Positions 15,112 to 23,969 of a stretch of DNA of 32,000 nucleotides are shown here, piece by piece. Position 1 is the stretch's first letter. Every line of letters begins with the position of its first letter. The stretch lies in contig OY970350.1 of the NCBI GenBank assembly GCA_963718045.1, positions 270,001 to 302,000 of the forward strand. Direction: 5' to 3'. The notes below the pieces were generated by a model. The model was not told the origin of the DNA. It made no database searches and saw only the letters and a list, made by a program, of their open reading frames with translations. Both the position numbers and the translations under genes were made by a program. This DNA comes from Candidatus Saccharimonadota bacterium (GTDB taxonomy: Bacteria > Patescibacteriota > Saccharimonadia > Saccharimonadales > UBA4665).

Positions 15112-15186
15112 TGGCTCCGGAGGCCGGATTCGAACCGGCAACCATCGCCTTAACAGGGCGTTGCTCTACCGTTGAGCTACTCCGGA
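15112..15186 (-). tRNA. tRNA-Asn: tRNA-Asn (anticodon GTT), CCA encoded
   Basis: The reverse strand reads TCCGGAG-TA-GCTC-AACGGTA-GAGC-A-ACGCC-CTGTTAA-GGCGA-TGGTT-GCCGG-TTCGAAT-CCGGC-CTCCGGA-G-CCA. This is a 75-nt cloverleaf with a 7-bp acceptor stem, a GTTCGAAT T-loop and anticodon GTT. Confidence 0.9.
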
Positions 15187-15202
15187 AGATTAGGATAGGT
15201 TG

Positions 15203-15232
15203 ATTATAGCGTAGCCTAAACCAGAGTACCAA
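15203..15232 (-). promoter_or_regulatory. Candidate promoter TTGGTA-18 nt-TATAAT for tRNA-Asn
   Basis: On the reverse strand, the -10 TATAAT is at 15208-15203 and the -35 TTGGTA at 15232-15227. The mature tRNA 5' end is 17 nt downstream of the -10. Confidence 0.35.
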
Positions 15233-15261
15233 TATTTTAGCTCTTTATATCGCTATATCGC

Positions 15262-16248
15262 TTAGCTGGCTAGGATTGTCTCAAGATCAATAGTGGCCGT
15301 ACAGATTCTGGTGTCTCCTGCTCCGTAGTAAAGTCTAATAACATCATCCTCTTCAAGGACTGCACCACAGCAAAAGATAGCTTTAGGCAAATCATTTTCC
15401 TCAGCTAGCTCATTAATATCGTTATCTGACATACTGCGAAGTGCCTGATACCCTCCCGGTATAAGATCGGCATAACCAATGGTTTCGTATTTTTCCTCTG
15501 GTTCAAGTATTGGTTTATTGCAGCGCCACAAAACTTCCATTGGGTCACTCGGACTAAGCAGTGCAGCTCCCAGCCGGTAGGTTCGCTTATCGCTAATTTC
15601 ATCAATGCCATGATAGAAAACCAGCCAGCCCTTAGCAGTACGGATTGGTGGCGGTCCCATTTCTACATAGGCCGCATCGAATAAACCGGGCCTAGCACTA
15701 ATTACTGGAATGGATATAGGATGCCATTTCATAAAGTCGTCTGACATGGCAGGCCATATATGATTATCGCCAAACAATAGGTAGTGGCGGCCATTAATTA
15801 TTTCCGGCAATATGGCCGCTGCCTTTGACCAATCGACTGGCAGGTTTTCCCTTTGGGGGTGAGCAAGTCTAGGAAATAATAGGTTGTGTTTTTGCCAGTG
15901 ATAGAGATCGGGGCTGGAAGCCATGGCTGCTCGGGCCGTTTTACCGTCGTAAGCTGTATATGTTGTGAAGTACTTGCCTTCAATGTACACCATTCTGGGG
16001 TCTTCACAGCCCTTATCTTCCCAAGGATTTTCGGGAAAGATAACTGGTTCAGGTTCGATTTTAAAGTCAACGCCATTATCGCTAGTTGCCAGTAGGATTC
16101 GGGAAATCCAATCTTCGCCAACTCCTCTAAAGAGCATGTGATATCTGCCTTCTCTTTTAACTACTGTTGGATTATAAACTTTTTTAGGGTACCACTTGCT
16201 GCTGGGATCGCCGGATATTATGGGATTATTGGCATAGCGCTTAAGCAT
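15262..16248 (-). CDS. GH130-family glycoside phosphorylase/hydrolase (beta-mannoside type)
   Basis: MLKRYANNPII...VYNPTVV...RYHMLFRGVG...CEDPRMVYIEGKYFTTYTAYDG fits the GH130 five-bladed propeller pattern. Confidence 0.75.
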   Translation of the reverse strand: MLKRYANNPIISGDPSSKWYPKKVYNPTVVKREGRYHMLFRGVGEDWISRILLATSDNGVDFKIEPEPVIFPENPWEDKGCEDPRMVYIEGKYFTTYTAYDGKTARAAMASSPDLYHWQKHNLLFPRLAHPQRENLPVDWSKAAAILPEIINGRHYLLFGDNHIWPAMSDDFMKWHPISIPVISARPGLFDAAYVEMGPPPIRTAKGWLVFYHGIDEISDKRTYRLGAALLSPSDPMEVLWRCNKPILEPEEKYETIGYADLIPGGYQALRSMSDNDINELAEENDLPKAIFCCGAVLEEDDVIRLYYGAGDTRICTATIDLETILAS

Positions 16249-16282
16249 ACATATAGTGTATACGATATAGGAATATTTAATG

Positions 16283-17245
16283 CTAGATTGTTGTTCTTAG
16301 GTCTAACATAAGCAGCGACAGCAGCAGACAAATATTCGATTCAGCGCCACTGTTATAGTGGACGCCACCTCTATCGATTCCGTCATAGCATTTTAAGGTC
16401 AAAGGATCATACATTCTTTCTTTCTTAATGTTATGGCCGTCAAACCACTCCTGCCATTTTTTTGCTTGGACGAAATACTTTTCCTGCCCGAAGCATTGGT
16501 AGGCGGCCAGCCAAGCCCAAATCATATAGGCGGCATCAATCGGCTGCTGGGAATATTCGGGAACAACCGTGGCCGACTTAGCCAGCCAGCCTTCGTTACC
16601 GATTGGTCCTAAGATGTGTCCGCCAAGTTCGCACTTGGACTCTAAAAACTGGCATACTTTCAAGCCGAATTGGCTGATTGTCTTATCACCGCTAACTAGC
16701 CCGTAGCGCAGCAGTGCGTATGGGATTATCCCATTGCCATAAGTCATAACTGGTTCAGGCCACAGCCATTTATGATCTGTGTCGGCAAAAAAAGACAGTA
16801 ATTTGTCGGCCAGTTTTTTTGACAGATCATTATCGAAGTAGACTGTTCCTAACAGGGCGTAAGCATAGCCTCGCATATGTTCAAACTTCATAATAGTTGG
16901 CCAGCAAGTTTCTATAATCTCTTTAATTTCTTTGCGGTGGAAGTCCAATGAATAAGCAAAACCCAGAGACCAAATTACCTCGCCAATGGCGTCTTCGGAA
17001 GCTGGATATTGTATTAATTTATGTTTATCTGTGGCAAAACCGTAAAAGCTTTGATTGTAACGGGATTTTTTAATGTATTTAAAGAGCACTTCGGCCTGCT
17101 TAGTTTTTTGAAGAGCTAAGCAAAGCAGCAGACCTCTGGCGGCATCGTCAAGGGCGTAACCTTCACCCTTATAGATGGTTTGCCCGTCAGTATGCTGCCA
17201 GATGCCATAATCATCTATTAAGCTGTCAAAGAACGGTGTGTTCAT
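16283..17245 (-). CDS. Hypothetical protein, possibly an (alpha/alpha)6-barrel glycan-active enzyme
   Basis: 320 aa, soluble, W/Y/A-rich helical repeats (ALDDAARGLL, YALLRYGL, AYMIWAWLAAY). The ATGA overlap with the upstream GT4 stop implies co-expression. The fold call is a guess. Confidence 0.3.
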   Translation of the reverse strand: MNTPFFDSLIDDYGIWQHTDGQTIYKGEGYALDDAARGLLLCLALQKTKQAEVLFKYIKKSRYNQSFYGFATDKHKLIQYPASEDAIGEVIWSLGFAYSLDFHRKEIKEIIETCWPTIMKFEHMRGYAYALLGTVYFDNDLSKKLADKLLSFFADTDHKWLWPEPVMTYGNGIIPYALLRYGLVSGDKTISQFGLKVCQFLESKCELGGHILGPIGNEGWLAKSATVVPEYSQQPIDAAYMIWAWLAAYQCFGQEKYFVQAKKWQEWFDGHNIKKERMYDPLTLKCYDGIDRGGVHYNSGAESNICLLLSLLMLDLRTTI

Positions 17246-18441
17246 TGGGCCTTTATAATATAATCCTCAATTATTTTTAAGTAAGCTTTGCCGACAACTG
17301 GCCAGGACATCTTCTTAACGTAAGGCAAGAGGCTTTTTCTGGTCCTTTTTTGCAAGTCAGTATCATCGATTAGGCGGTTGACGGCATAGACAATACCGTC
17401 TGGATCCTCAAAGGGTACTAAGAGGCCGCGGTTTCTAGCCAGCAGTTCCTGGGCGTATCTGTAGGGGGTGGAAATGATTAGCAAGCCTGTGCCAACAGCA
17501 TAAGCCAAGGTTCCCGAAGCTGCTTGTTCAGGGTCGCGGTGCGGCGTTAAGTAAATATCAGCTGCGGACATATACTCCATTAACTCTTCAGTTTCCAGAT
17601 ATTTATTAATAAATGTCAGATGACTTTCTACACCAAGCTCTTTAGCTAGGGCCATTAAGCTTTTACGGTAGGTTTCATCATTAGTTGCCAGAACCTGAGG
17701 ATGAGTTTGGCCAATCACAAGAAGCTGAACATTAGGGTGTTTTTGAAGTATTTTTGGCATTCCCTTAATAACAAGATCAATGCCTTTATTAGGGCTCATC
17801 AGGCCGGTAATAACGAGGTAAAAGTTATTGGCATCAAGGTTTAGATCCTTAAGTATTTGGGAGCGGCTTTTGCCAACTTTATTAGGTACGCCGTGATGAA
17901 TTACGACTATCTTGTTTTCTTCTATTTGGTAATCGGCACAAAGAATTCTTTTAGAGTCCTGACTCATGGTAACAACCATAGTGGAGTGGTTAGCAATTTT
18001 ACGGGTAACTTCCTTGCGGTCTGGATCGGGATAAGGCAGAACAGTATGCATGGTCGTTATTGTCAGTGCGTTTAGGGAATTAAGTAGAGCAAAAATATTA
18101 TCTCCGGTCGGGTCCACATGGTGAACGCCGTCATGGATAAACTTGGTCCACTTACCTCCGAACAAGCCAAACTCGTGCTGAAGTAATACCGCGTCAAGGT
18201 TCAGCTGGTTAAGTACCGTTGCAGCCTGGCGGTACGAGCTTTTCGAATTATCCTTCAGCACGGCGACAACGTTATGGCCGTAAACATATGATTCGTTAGC
18301 TTTTTCGGCGGCCACAACAACCACTTTAGTGTTTGGCAGACTGAACTTAATACCGTCAATCAGGTCACGGCTAAAAGTAGCAATCCCGCACTTCTTGGGA
18401 AGAGAGGAACAGATAAAACCTAAACGCAGATCACTACGCAT
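17242..18441 (-). CDS. Family-4 (GT-B, group 1) glycosyltransferase
   Basis: 399 aa. The C-terminal half has GIDLVIKGMPKILQKHPNVQLLVIG and the E-x7 region PEQAASGTLAYAVGTG...ISTP typical of Glycos_transf_1. Confidence 0.75.
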   Translation of the reverse strand: MRSDLRLGFICSSLPKKCGIATFSRDLIDGIKFSLPNTKVVVVAAEKANESYVYGHNVVAVLKDNSKSSYRQAATVLNQLNLDAVLLQHEFGLFGGKWTKFIHDGVHHVDPTGDNIFALLNSLNALTITTMHTVLPYPDPDRKEVTRKIANHSTMVVTMSQDSKRILCADYQIEENKIVVIHHGVPNKVGKSRSQILKDLNLDANNFYLVITGLMSPNKGIDLVIKGMPKILQKHPNVQLLVIGQTHPQVLATNDETYRKSLMALAKELGVESHLTFINKYLETEELMEYMSAADIYLTPHRDPEQAASGTLAYAVGTGLLIISTPYRYAQELLARNRGLLVPFEDPDGIVYAVNRLIDDTDLQKRTRKSLLPYVKKMSWPVVGKAYLKIIEDYIIKAQ

Positions 18442-18538
18442 TTTTAATTGATATTCTCTTTCGTGAGCGATAGTTTAAAATCCCTCTAGGGCAAGGGAAT
18501 AACAGAATAAACTACCTTAACGTGTCCTAGATGACGTA

Positions 18539-18547
18539 ATTATACCA
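18539..18547 (-). promoter_or_regulatory. Candidate extended -10 promoter (TGgTATAAT) for the GT4 operon
   Basis: The reverse strand reads TGGTATAAT at 18547-18539, about 97 nt upstream of ATG 18441. Confidence 0.35.
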
Positions 18548-18626
18548 TTAACTGAGGTTGATAAGGATAAATCTAATAATAGGCTTTGTGCCGGGCAGCT
18601 GCATTCTTAGTCTATAAACCCTACAT

Positions 18627-19088
18627 CTATCGGCGTCTGGATTCAATCACAATGCGCCTGTTGGCGTCACGTTCTTTTAATTTCTGACGTTTATCGTAAC
18701 GTTTCCTGCCCTTACCGACAGCTATTTTAAGTTTTATGTATCTTGAGCCGGTTAGTATCTCCAGCGGGACTATTGTTCTGCCCTGTTTTTTAGCTTCTAT
18801 AAGAGCATCGATTTCTTTTCTTTTAGCCAGTAGCCGGCGGGGTCTTGTTCGGTCTGATTCTTCTATCGGTATGCCGCCGCTTCCAGCTATGGTGGCATTA
18901 ATTAAAAACAGTTGGTCATCTTTAACGGTAACGTAGGCTCCTCTTAGGTGGCCGTGGCCCATTCTTAAGTTTTTTACTTCAGCTCCCGATAGTTCCAGGC
19001 CCACAGTTAAACTATCGCCTAGTTCGTAGTCGAATCTGGCGCGGCGGTTAGATATTCGCTTAGTTTGAGCTTTAGTATTTTTAGCCAT
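18627..19088 (-). CDS. smpB: SsrA-binding protein SmpB
   Basis: 153 aa. Motifs NRRARFDY, GAEVKNLR, L-x-x-A-x-I, RTRPRRLLAKRKEI, and a basic C-terminal tail. Confidence 0.9.
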   Translation of the reverse strand: MAKNTKAQTKRISNRRARFDYELGDSLTVGLELSGAEVKNLRMGHGHLRGAYVTVKDDQLFLINATIAGSGGIPIEESDRTRPRRLLAKRKEIDALIEAKKQGRTIVPLEILTGSRYIKLKIAVGKGRKRYDKRQKLKERDANRRIVIESRRR

Positions 19089-19097
19089 ACAATCATT

Positions 19098-20237
19098 TTA
19101 ACCCACTGATCCCTTAAACTCTTGTTTAGCAACATTCCAGAGTGATGGATCGTGCAGAATTTCCAGGCGGTAATACCAGTATTCTGCACCCCAGAGAAGA
19201 ACATCTCTCATGCCTGTTGCTTTTCCGTATTTAAAGCGGTTAAGAAGCCGGGTGGCATCGATTGACTTATTTTGTTCAGCTAGAGATGTTTTGGTTATTG
19301 CCTGGCCATTAGGCGGCCAGGCTTCAGCCTGCAGTTCGCCAATGATCATATTACGGTGAAAGAATATCTCCTGTACTCCGGCAATGAAGGCGTAGTACCA
19401 GGCCGGGTATGGGTATTCGAAATATCTATGGGTTACGCCGGCATCCCATACTCTTTTATATACCGAGATACTAAATTCATTCGGTGTTGGCTGGCCAACC
19501 GGAAAACCTATGGCATTATTGCTCCGGCCTAGAATTATTGGGTGGTTAGGGTCTAGTTTCTTGACCAGGTTATATTCGCTTATTAAACGGCTTCGGCTGA
19601 AATTAGTGCATTCACCAAAACCCTTCAAAAAGTATTCGTTTTCCAGCTGGTAGCTTTCCAGGCTCGGGGAGTTCTTATACCTATTTATAACAGCGGTCAT
19701 GAAGGCTTCAAGCTGGGGCTGCCAGACGCTCTGCGGTTCATTTGCTGCCCAGGTGGGCATAAAGCACTCCGGCCAGCGGGGCTGCCTTAAACCAACTACC
19801 AGAATTACTTTAGCGTGGGCCTTCTCGGCCATCTTAAACTGCCAATCAAGCGTACTGAAATCATAATGTCCTTCAGTTGGCTCGAGGTAGCTCCAGTAAC
19901 TGTCAAGTCTGAATTGTTTAACGCCAATATTAATTAGGGCCTGCATGGTTTGTTCGGGGTTAAGGCCTAAGCTCTCGGCATAATACGGGCTGAAGCTAAC
20001 ACCCATCTTAAGTGGTGTCGATGATTCGGTATAGATATACCACCTGGCAATGCCGTACATCGTGCCAAGAATTAATAAAACTACAATAACAAATATCATC
20101 TTAACCTTGTGCCATGGCCCCTTACGCCAATACTTAACGGGGTAATGGTAAATATATTTAGCCGCTCTTATTAAGCTCTTATTAAGCTTACCTGTATACA
20201 GTTTTATCTTTAGTGACATATAATTTGAGATAACCAC
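19098..20237 (-). CDS. Membrane-anchored clan GH-A (TIM-barrel) glycoside hydrolase
   Basis: WSYLEPTEGHYDF..LDW, the acid/base-type motif QLENEY, and a later GELQAEAW (candidate nucleophile Glu). One N-terminal TM. The start is uncertain. ATG 20237 abuts the divergent GT2 start, so ATG 20219 or ATG 20099 (MIFVIVVLL...) is more likely. Confidence 0.55.
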   Translation of the reverse strand: MVISNYMSLKIKLYTGKLNKSLIRAAKYIYHYPVKYWRKGPWHKVKMIFVIVVLLILGTMYGIARWYIYTESSTPLKMGVSFSPYYAESLGLNPEQTMQALINIGVKQFRLDSYWSYLEPTEGHYDFSTLDWQFKMAEKAHAKVILVVGLRQPRWPECFMPTWAANEPQSVWQPQLEAFMTAVINRYKNSPSLESYQLENEYFLKGFGECTNFSRSRLISEYNLVKKLDPNHPIILGRSNNAIGFPVGQPTPNEFSISVYKRVWDAGVTHRYFEYPYPAWYYAFIAGVQEIFFHRNMIIGELQAEAWPPNGQAITKTSLAEQNKSIDATRLLNRFKYGKATGMRDVLLWGAEYWYYRLEILHDPSLWNVAKQEFKGSVG

Positions 20238-20239
20238 CT

Positions 20240-21106
20240 ATGCGAAATTTAAAACCGAAGATATCTATAGTTATACCAGCATATAACGAAGAGAGCCATA
20301 TTGGCGCTTGTCTTGAGGCTATCTCTAAACTGGAATTAAAACCCTTTGAAGTTATTGTTGTCGATAACATGTCAACGGATAAGACGGCTGAAATAGCCAG
20401 GTCTTTTGCTTTTGCTCGAGTAATTAGAGAAACCAAGCAAGGGCTAGTTTATGCCAGGGACTGCGGCTTTAACGCGGCTAGAGGAGATATTATTGGCCGT
20501 ATAGATGGTGATACACTGCTGCCAAGTGACTGGACTTTAAAAATTGAGGAGATATTTAAAGATTATAACGTTGATGCTGTTTCTGGCGGCATTCATTTTT
20601 ACGATATCGGCCTGCCGCATATTATTGATAGCGTTGATGCCTATTGGCGGGCTTGGGCGGCTAGAAAAATGGCAGCCAGGAAACGGACATTTCTTCTTGG
20701 ATCTAATATGGCTATTAGGCGTTCCGCTTGGCTCGCTGTTAGAAACAGGGTTTGTCATAAAAAAGGCATACATGAAGATCTTGATTTGTCCTTGCACTTA
20801 TCCTGGATAGATCTAAGGGTAATCTTTGACCCTCACTTAATGGCAAATGTTTCAATCAGAAGAATTGACTGCAACTTCTTCAGTGTAGTCCACTACTGTT
20901 TTGAAAGCCCGAAAACCTACATCAAGCATAAAGCTAGGGAGCATTGGTATGCCTATCCGATTATCGCCATTGTACTAGTTGACTATGGCTTCTTATGGAT
21001 GCTCTTTAGGGCTTTTGACGAACAAACTCAAAAATTAAATTTAAAAACACTTCTAACCAGCCATAGCGCCAGCCGGGTCAACCCAGCAGATTTTATCCAG
21101 TCTTAG
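20240..21106 (+). CDS. Family-2 glycosyltransferase (small, C-terminal TM; polyprenyl-phosphate sugar transferase-like)
   Basis: ISIVIPAYNEE, VIVVDNMSTDKT and a D-G-D block (RIDGDT). 288 aa with a C-terminal hydrophobic helix. Confidence 0.75.
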   Translation: MRNLKPKISIVIPAYNEESHIGACLEAISKLELKPFEVIVVDNMSTDKTAEIARSFAFARVIRETKQGLVYARDCGFNAARGDIIGRIDGDTLLPSDWTLKIEEIFKDYNVDAVSGGIHFYDIGLPHIIDSVDAYWRAWAARKMAARKRTFLLGSNMAIRRSAWLAVRNRVCHKKGIHEDLDLSLHLSWIDLRVIFDPHLMANVSIRRIDCNFFSVVHYCFESPKTYIKHKAREHWYAYPIIAIVLVDYGFLWMLFRAFDEQTQKLNLKTLLTSHSASRVNPADFIQS

Positions 21107-22236
21107 CGGATAACTTTAGATACAGCCGGCGTAATCTTTTTATCGAAGGGACTGGGGATAATCATCTCGGCAATTGGTTTTTTAACTAGTTTGGCCAATG
21201 CTTCAGCGGCGGCAACTTTATGTTTTTCGGTTATCTTGGCGACGTTATGATCTAGTGCTCCCCGGAAAATACCAGGAAAAGCTAAGACGTTATTAATCTG
21301 GTTTGGAAAGTCGCTCCGGCCTGTGGCTACAATGGCAGCCCCTGCTTTTTTAGCGATATCGGGCATTATTTCAGGTATTGGGTTAGCCATAGCGAAGATG
21401 ATCGGATTTTTAGCCATTAATTTAATGTCGCTTGCAGTTAATAAATTAGCTTTAGACACACCAACAAATATGTCGGCATCTTTTAGAGCATCCTTTAAGC
21501 TACTTCCTTGATGCTTGATTTTATTTAGTTTAGCTAGGTACTTCTTTTCAGGAGTTAGATCTTTTCGCTTACTTGTTATTATGCCTTGGCTATCGATAGC
21601 CGTTATGTTGGCCTTTGAGTAGTCATAAATTAGTTTAGCGATAGCTGTACCGGCAGCTCCAGCGCCGGAAATTACTATCTTACAGTCTTTAAGTTTTCTG
21701 CCCGTTAGCTTCATGGAGTTAATAAGGCCAGCTAAAACAACTACAGCCGTGCCATGCTGGTCATCGTGCATGACGGGAATATCTAGAGCTTCAATAAGTC
21801 TTCTTTCAACTTCAAAGCATTCTGGAGCCTTAATGTCTTCCAGGTTAATAGCGCCAAAGCTTGGTGCTATGGCTTTGATCACTCCAACTATTTCATCAAC
21901 TGTGTGAACGTCTAAGATTATTGGTACAGCATCAATGCCGGCGAATTGTTTAAACAGCATGCACTTGCCTTCCATGACGGGCAGTGACGCTTTTGGACCA
22001 ATGTTGCCTAGCCCAAGGACAGCTGATCCGTCACTAATAACGGCTAGATTGTTATTAAGCCAAGTGTATTCTTTGGCCTTTTTAGGATGTCCGTATATAT
22101 AGCTAGATACTGCCCCGACTCCCGGAGTGTAATAGATACTCAACTGTTCCGTAGATGTTAAGTTGTCTTTAAGCGTAACCTCGAGCTTACCGTGAAGCTT
22201 TTTGTGTTGGGCTAAGGCCTTCTTTGAATAATCCAT
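21103..22236 (-). CDS. NAD(P)-dependent malic enzyme (short form)
   Basis: YYTPGVG, ISDGSAVLGLGNIG, PVMEGKCMLFK, FGAINLEDI, HDDQHGTA, and the Rossmann motif ISGAGAAG. Confidence 0.9.
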   Translation of the reverse strand: MDYSKKALAQHKKLHGKLEVTLKDNLTSTEQLSIYYTPGVGAVSSYIYGHPKKAKEYTWLNNNLAVISDGSAVLGLGNIGPKASLPVMEGKCMLFKQFAGIDAVPIILDVHTVDEIVGVIKAIAPSFGAINLEDIKAPECFEVERRLIEALDIPVMHDDQHGTAVVVLAGLINSMKLTGRKLKDCKIVISGAGAAGTAIAKLIYDYSKANITAIDSQGIITSKRKDLTPEKKYLAKLNKIKHQGSSLKDALKDADIFVGVSKANLLTASDIKLMAKNPIIFAMANPIPEIMPDIAKKAGAAIVATGRSDFPNQINNVLAFPGIFRGALDHNVAKITEKHKVAAAEALAKLVKKPIAEMIIPSPFDKKITPAVSKVIR

Positions 22237-22277
22237 AGATATGAAATTATATCATGATGGGCCGGTCTACTATTTGA

Positions 22278-23354
22278 CTAGGCGGCTTGATCGATTAATG
22301 ACGGATTAGTCGAAAAGACTCTGAATGGTTCTTGCTGGGGGCTAACATCAACCCGTATCCGAACTTCCTTACTGGGGTGGCTTGGCAGTAGGTACGGCTC
22401 GGCATCTGCCTCTATTAATAACTGTTGGCCTGGCTGAGCTAGAAGTTCGTATCTTAGTACCTCATCTCCCTCAACCTTCCGCCAATCTAGACGGCCAGCT
22501 ACATGCGAGACAAGCATTTTTCCTAAATATGCCGTACTGCCTTTCTCGATCATGGTCTCATAAAAAGCTTGCTCGGCTACACTAGCGGGAGTTTTAAGCA
22601 CGCCTAGGTAAACCTGACTACTAACTCCTATGCTACCGATACATTGCACAGTCTCTCCGTTGATAGTCATTTCTATCTGCTCACTGTGTTTAATTGCCTT
22701 CTTGACGGCAAAGCCATCAACTATATATCTGCAAGCCTTAATGTGACGAAGGCCATTCCCGCGAACATTGTTTAGGGCTTCCCCAACCTTCCCGCCAACT
22801 TGCATACTGTGACAAGAAACTGAGGTATACTCTGTAATATCCTGGTCTATGCCATCGCTTTCGGGGTGATCGCTGGATACCCTTAATGTTGCTCCGTAAG
22901 CATCAATTACTCGTCCATATTGAAAGATGTCTTGGATGCGAGGCTTCTCTCCCCTAGGGGATGGAGTGAGTTCTGAGGCTGTGTTATTTGCATTACCAAA
23001 GGGAGCAAGGACTAAAGCAGTTGAGCGTAGTCCATCATCTATAAAGGGGTCAGTTCTAAGAAAGTCTGCGACTTCAGCAACTGCTCCTTCACCGCCGCCT
23101 ATGACTACTATGGATCTGGGTACTATAAGTTTCCGACGATTCTGTTTTCGAACTTCGGGATCACTGTTCAGCCTAACGAACACAACTCGGTCGTTATACT
23201 CCTCAGTTAGCATAGATAAGAATTCTGCGCCGACGTGTTCTTCCTCTTTCTTGGTTCGGCTAGCACTAGATGTAGCAGTAGCTGTCGGATTAAAGTCTAA
23301 AACTATATTACCGTCGAATTCATCGAATCTTCGGGGTAAAGCCTCAGTTGACAT
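22278..23354 (-). CDS. Diacylglycerol/lipid kinase catalytic-domain-like protein (YegS/DagK family, divergent)
   Basis: IVVIGGGEGAVAEVADFL corresponds to the GGDGT motif with D changed to E. LAPFGNANNTASEL corresponds to P-x-G-T-x-N-D-x-A. About 90 aa of N-terminal extension. Confidence 0.45.
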   Translation of the reverse strand: MSTEALPRRFDEFDGNIVLDFNPTATATSSASRTKKEEEHVGAEFLSMLTEEYNDRVVFVRLNSDPEVRKQNRRKLIVPRSIVVIGGGEGAVAEVADFLRTDPFIDDGLRSTALVLAPFGNANNTASELTPSPRGEKPRIQDIFQYGRVIDAYGATLRVSSDHPESDGIDQDITEYTSVSCHSMQVGGKVGEALNNVRGNGLRHIKACRYIVDGFAVKKAIKHSEQIEMTINGETVQCIGSIGVSSQVYLGVLKTPASVAEQAFYETMIEKGSTAYLGKMLVSHVAGRLDWRKVEGDEVLRYELLAQPGQQLLIEADAEPYLLPSHPSKEVRIRVDVSPQQEPFRVFSTNPSLIDQAA

Positions 23355-23380
23355 ATTTGAATATTATGTACTACTTAAGC

Positions 23381-23950
23381 TCAAAAATCAATACCCTTAT
23401 TGGCTAGGTACTTATCGTCAAAGTGATGCTTGATTTTGTCCATAGAAGTGATTATATCCACTAAATCATTAAGTTTTGCCGGGAAGTTACGGCCTGTTAG
23501 GCAAAGACTGGTTTTCGGGCTTTTTGCAGTAATTAGTTTCTTTAGATCATTAGTAGTTAATAGTCCGTTGTGTACGGCATTGTTAATTTCATCGCAGATA
23601 ACCAGACCGAACTCGCCGCTTTGACTGGCTTTAAAAGCTTGGTCTAAAGTTTCCCTGGCTGCTTTTTTATGCTGGACTTCAGATATATTCTTAGCGCTTA
23701 AATCGCCGGCTTTATAGAAGCCCTTGCCGCCTTTATAAAAGTAGAGCTGATCTTTATATAGTCCCTCAATGTCGCTAATAAAGACATGTTCGCTAACTTC
23801 CCAGTGTTTAATAAACTGGATGAATGCGACCTTTTGGCGGTTACCTAAAGCACGGACCATAAGTCCTAGTGAAGCGGTAGTTTTACCCTTGCCTTCACCG
23901 GTGTAGACAATAACAACAGACTCTTTAGTCTTAAAATCCTCAAATGCCAC
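23381..23950 (-). CDS. cobA: ATP:cob(I)alamin adenosyltransferase, CobA/BtuR type
   Basis: VIVYTGEGKGKTTASLG (P-loop), VAFIQFIK, VICDEINNAV, LCLTGRN, DKIKHHFD...GIDF. Collinear with Salmonella CobA as I recall it. GTG start. Confidence 0.8.
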   Translation of the reverse strand: MAFEDFKTKESVVIVYTGEGKGKTTASLGLMVRALGNRQKVAFIQFIKHWEVSEHVFISDIEGLYKDQLYFYKGGKGFYKAGDLSAKNISEVQHKKAARETLDQAFKASQSGEFGLVICDEINNAVHNGLLTTNDLKKLITAKSPKTSLCLTGRNFPAKLNDLVDIITSMDKIKHHFDDKYLANKGIDF

Positions 23951-23969
23951 TGTCTTTTAGTTTGGCTTA

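Noticed and set aside
18442-18626. Looked for tmRNA (ssrA) next to smpB
   Set aside because: Only 185 nt are available. There is no tRNA-Ala-like acceptor/T-arm and no tag reading frame. The region is better explained as the GT4 operon promoter and leader.
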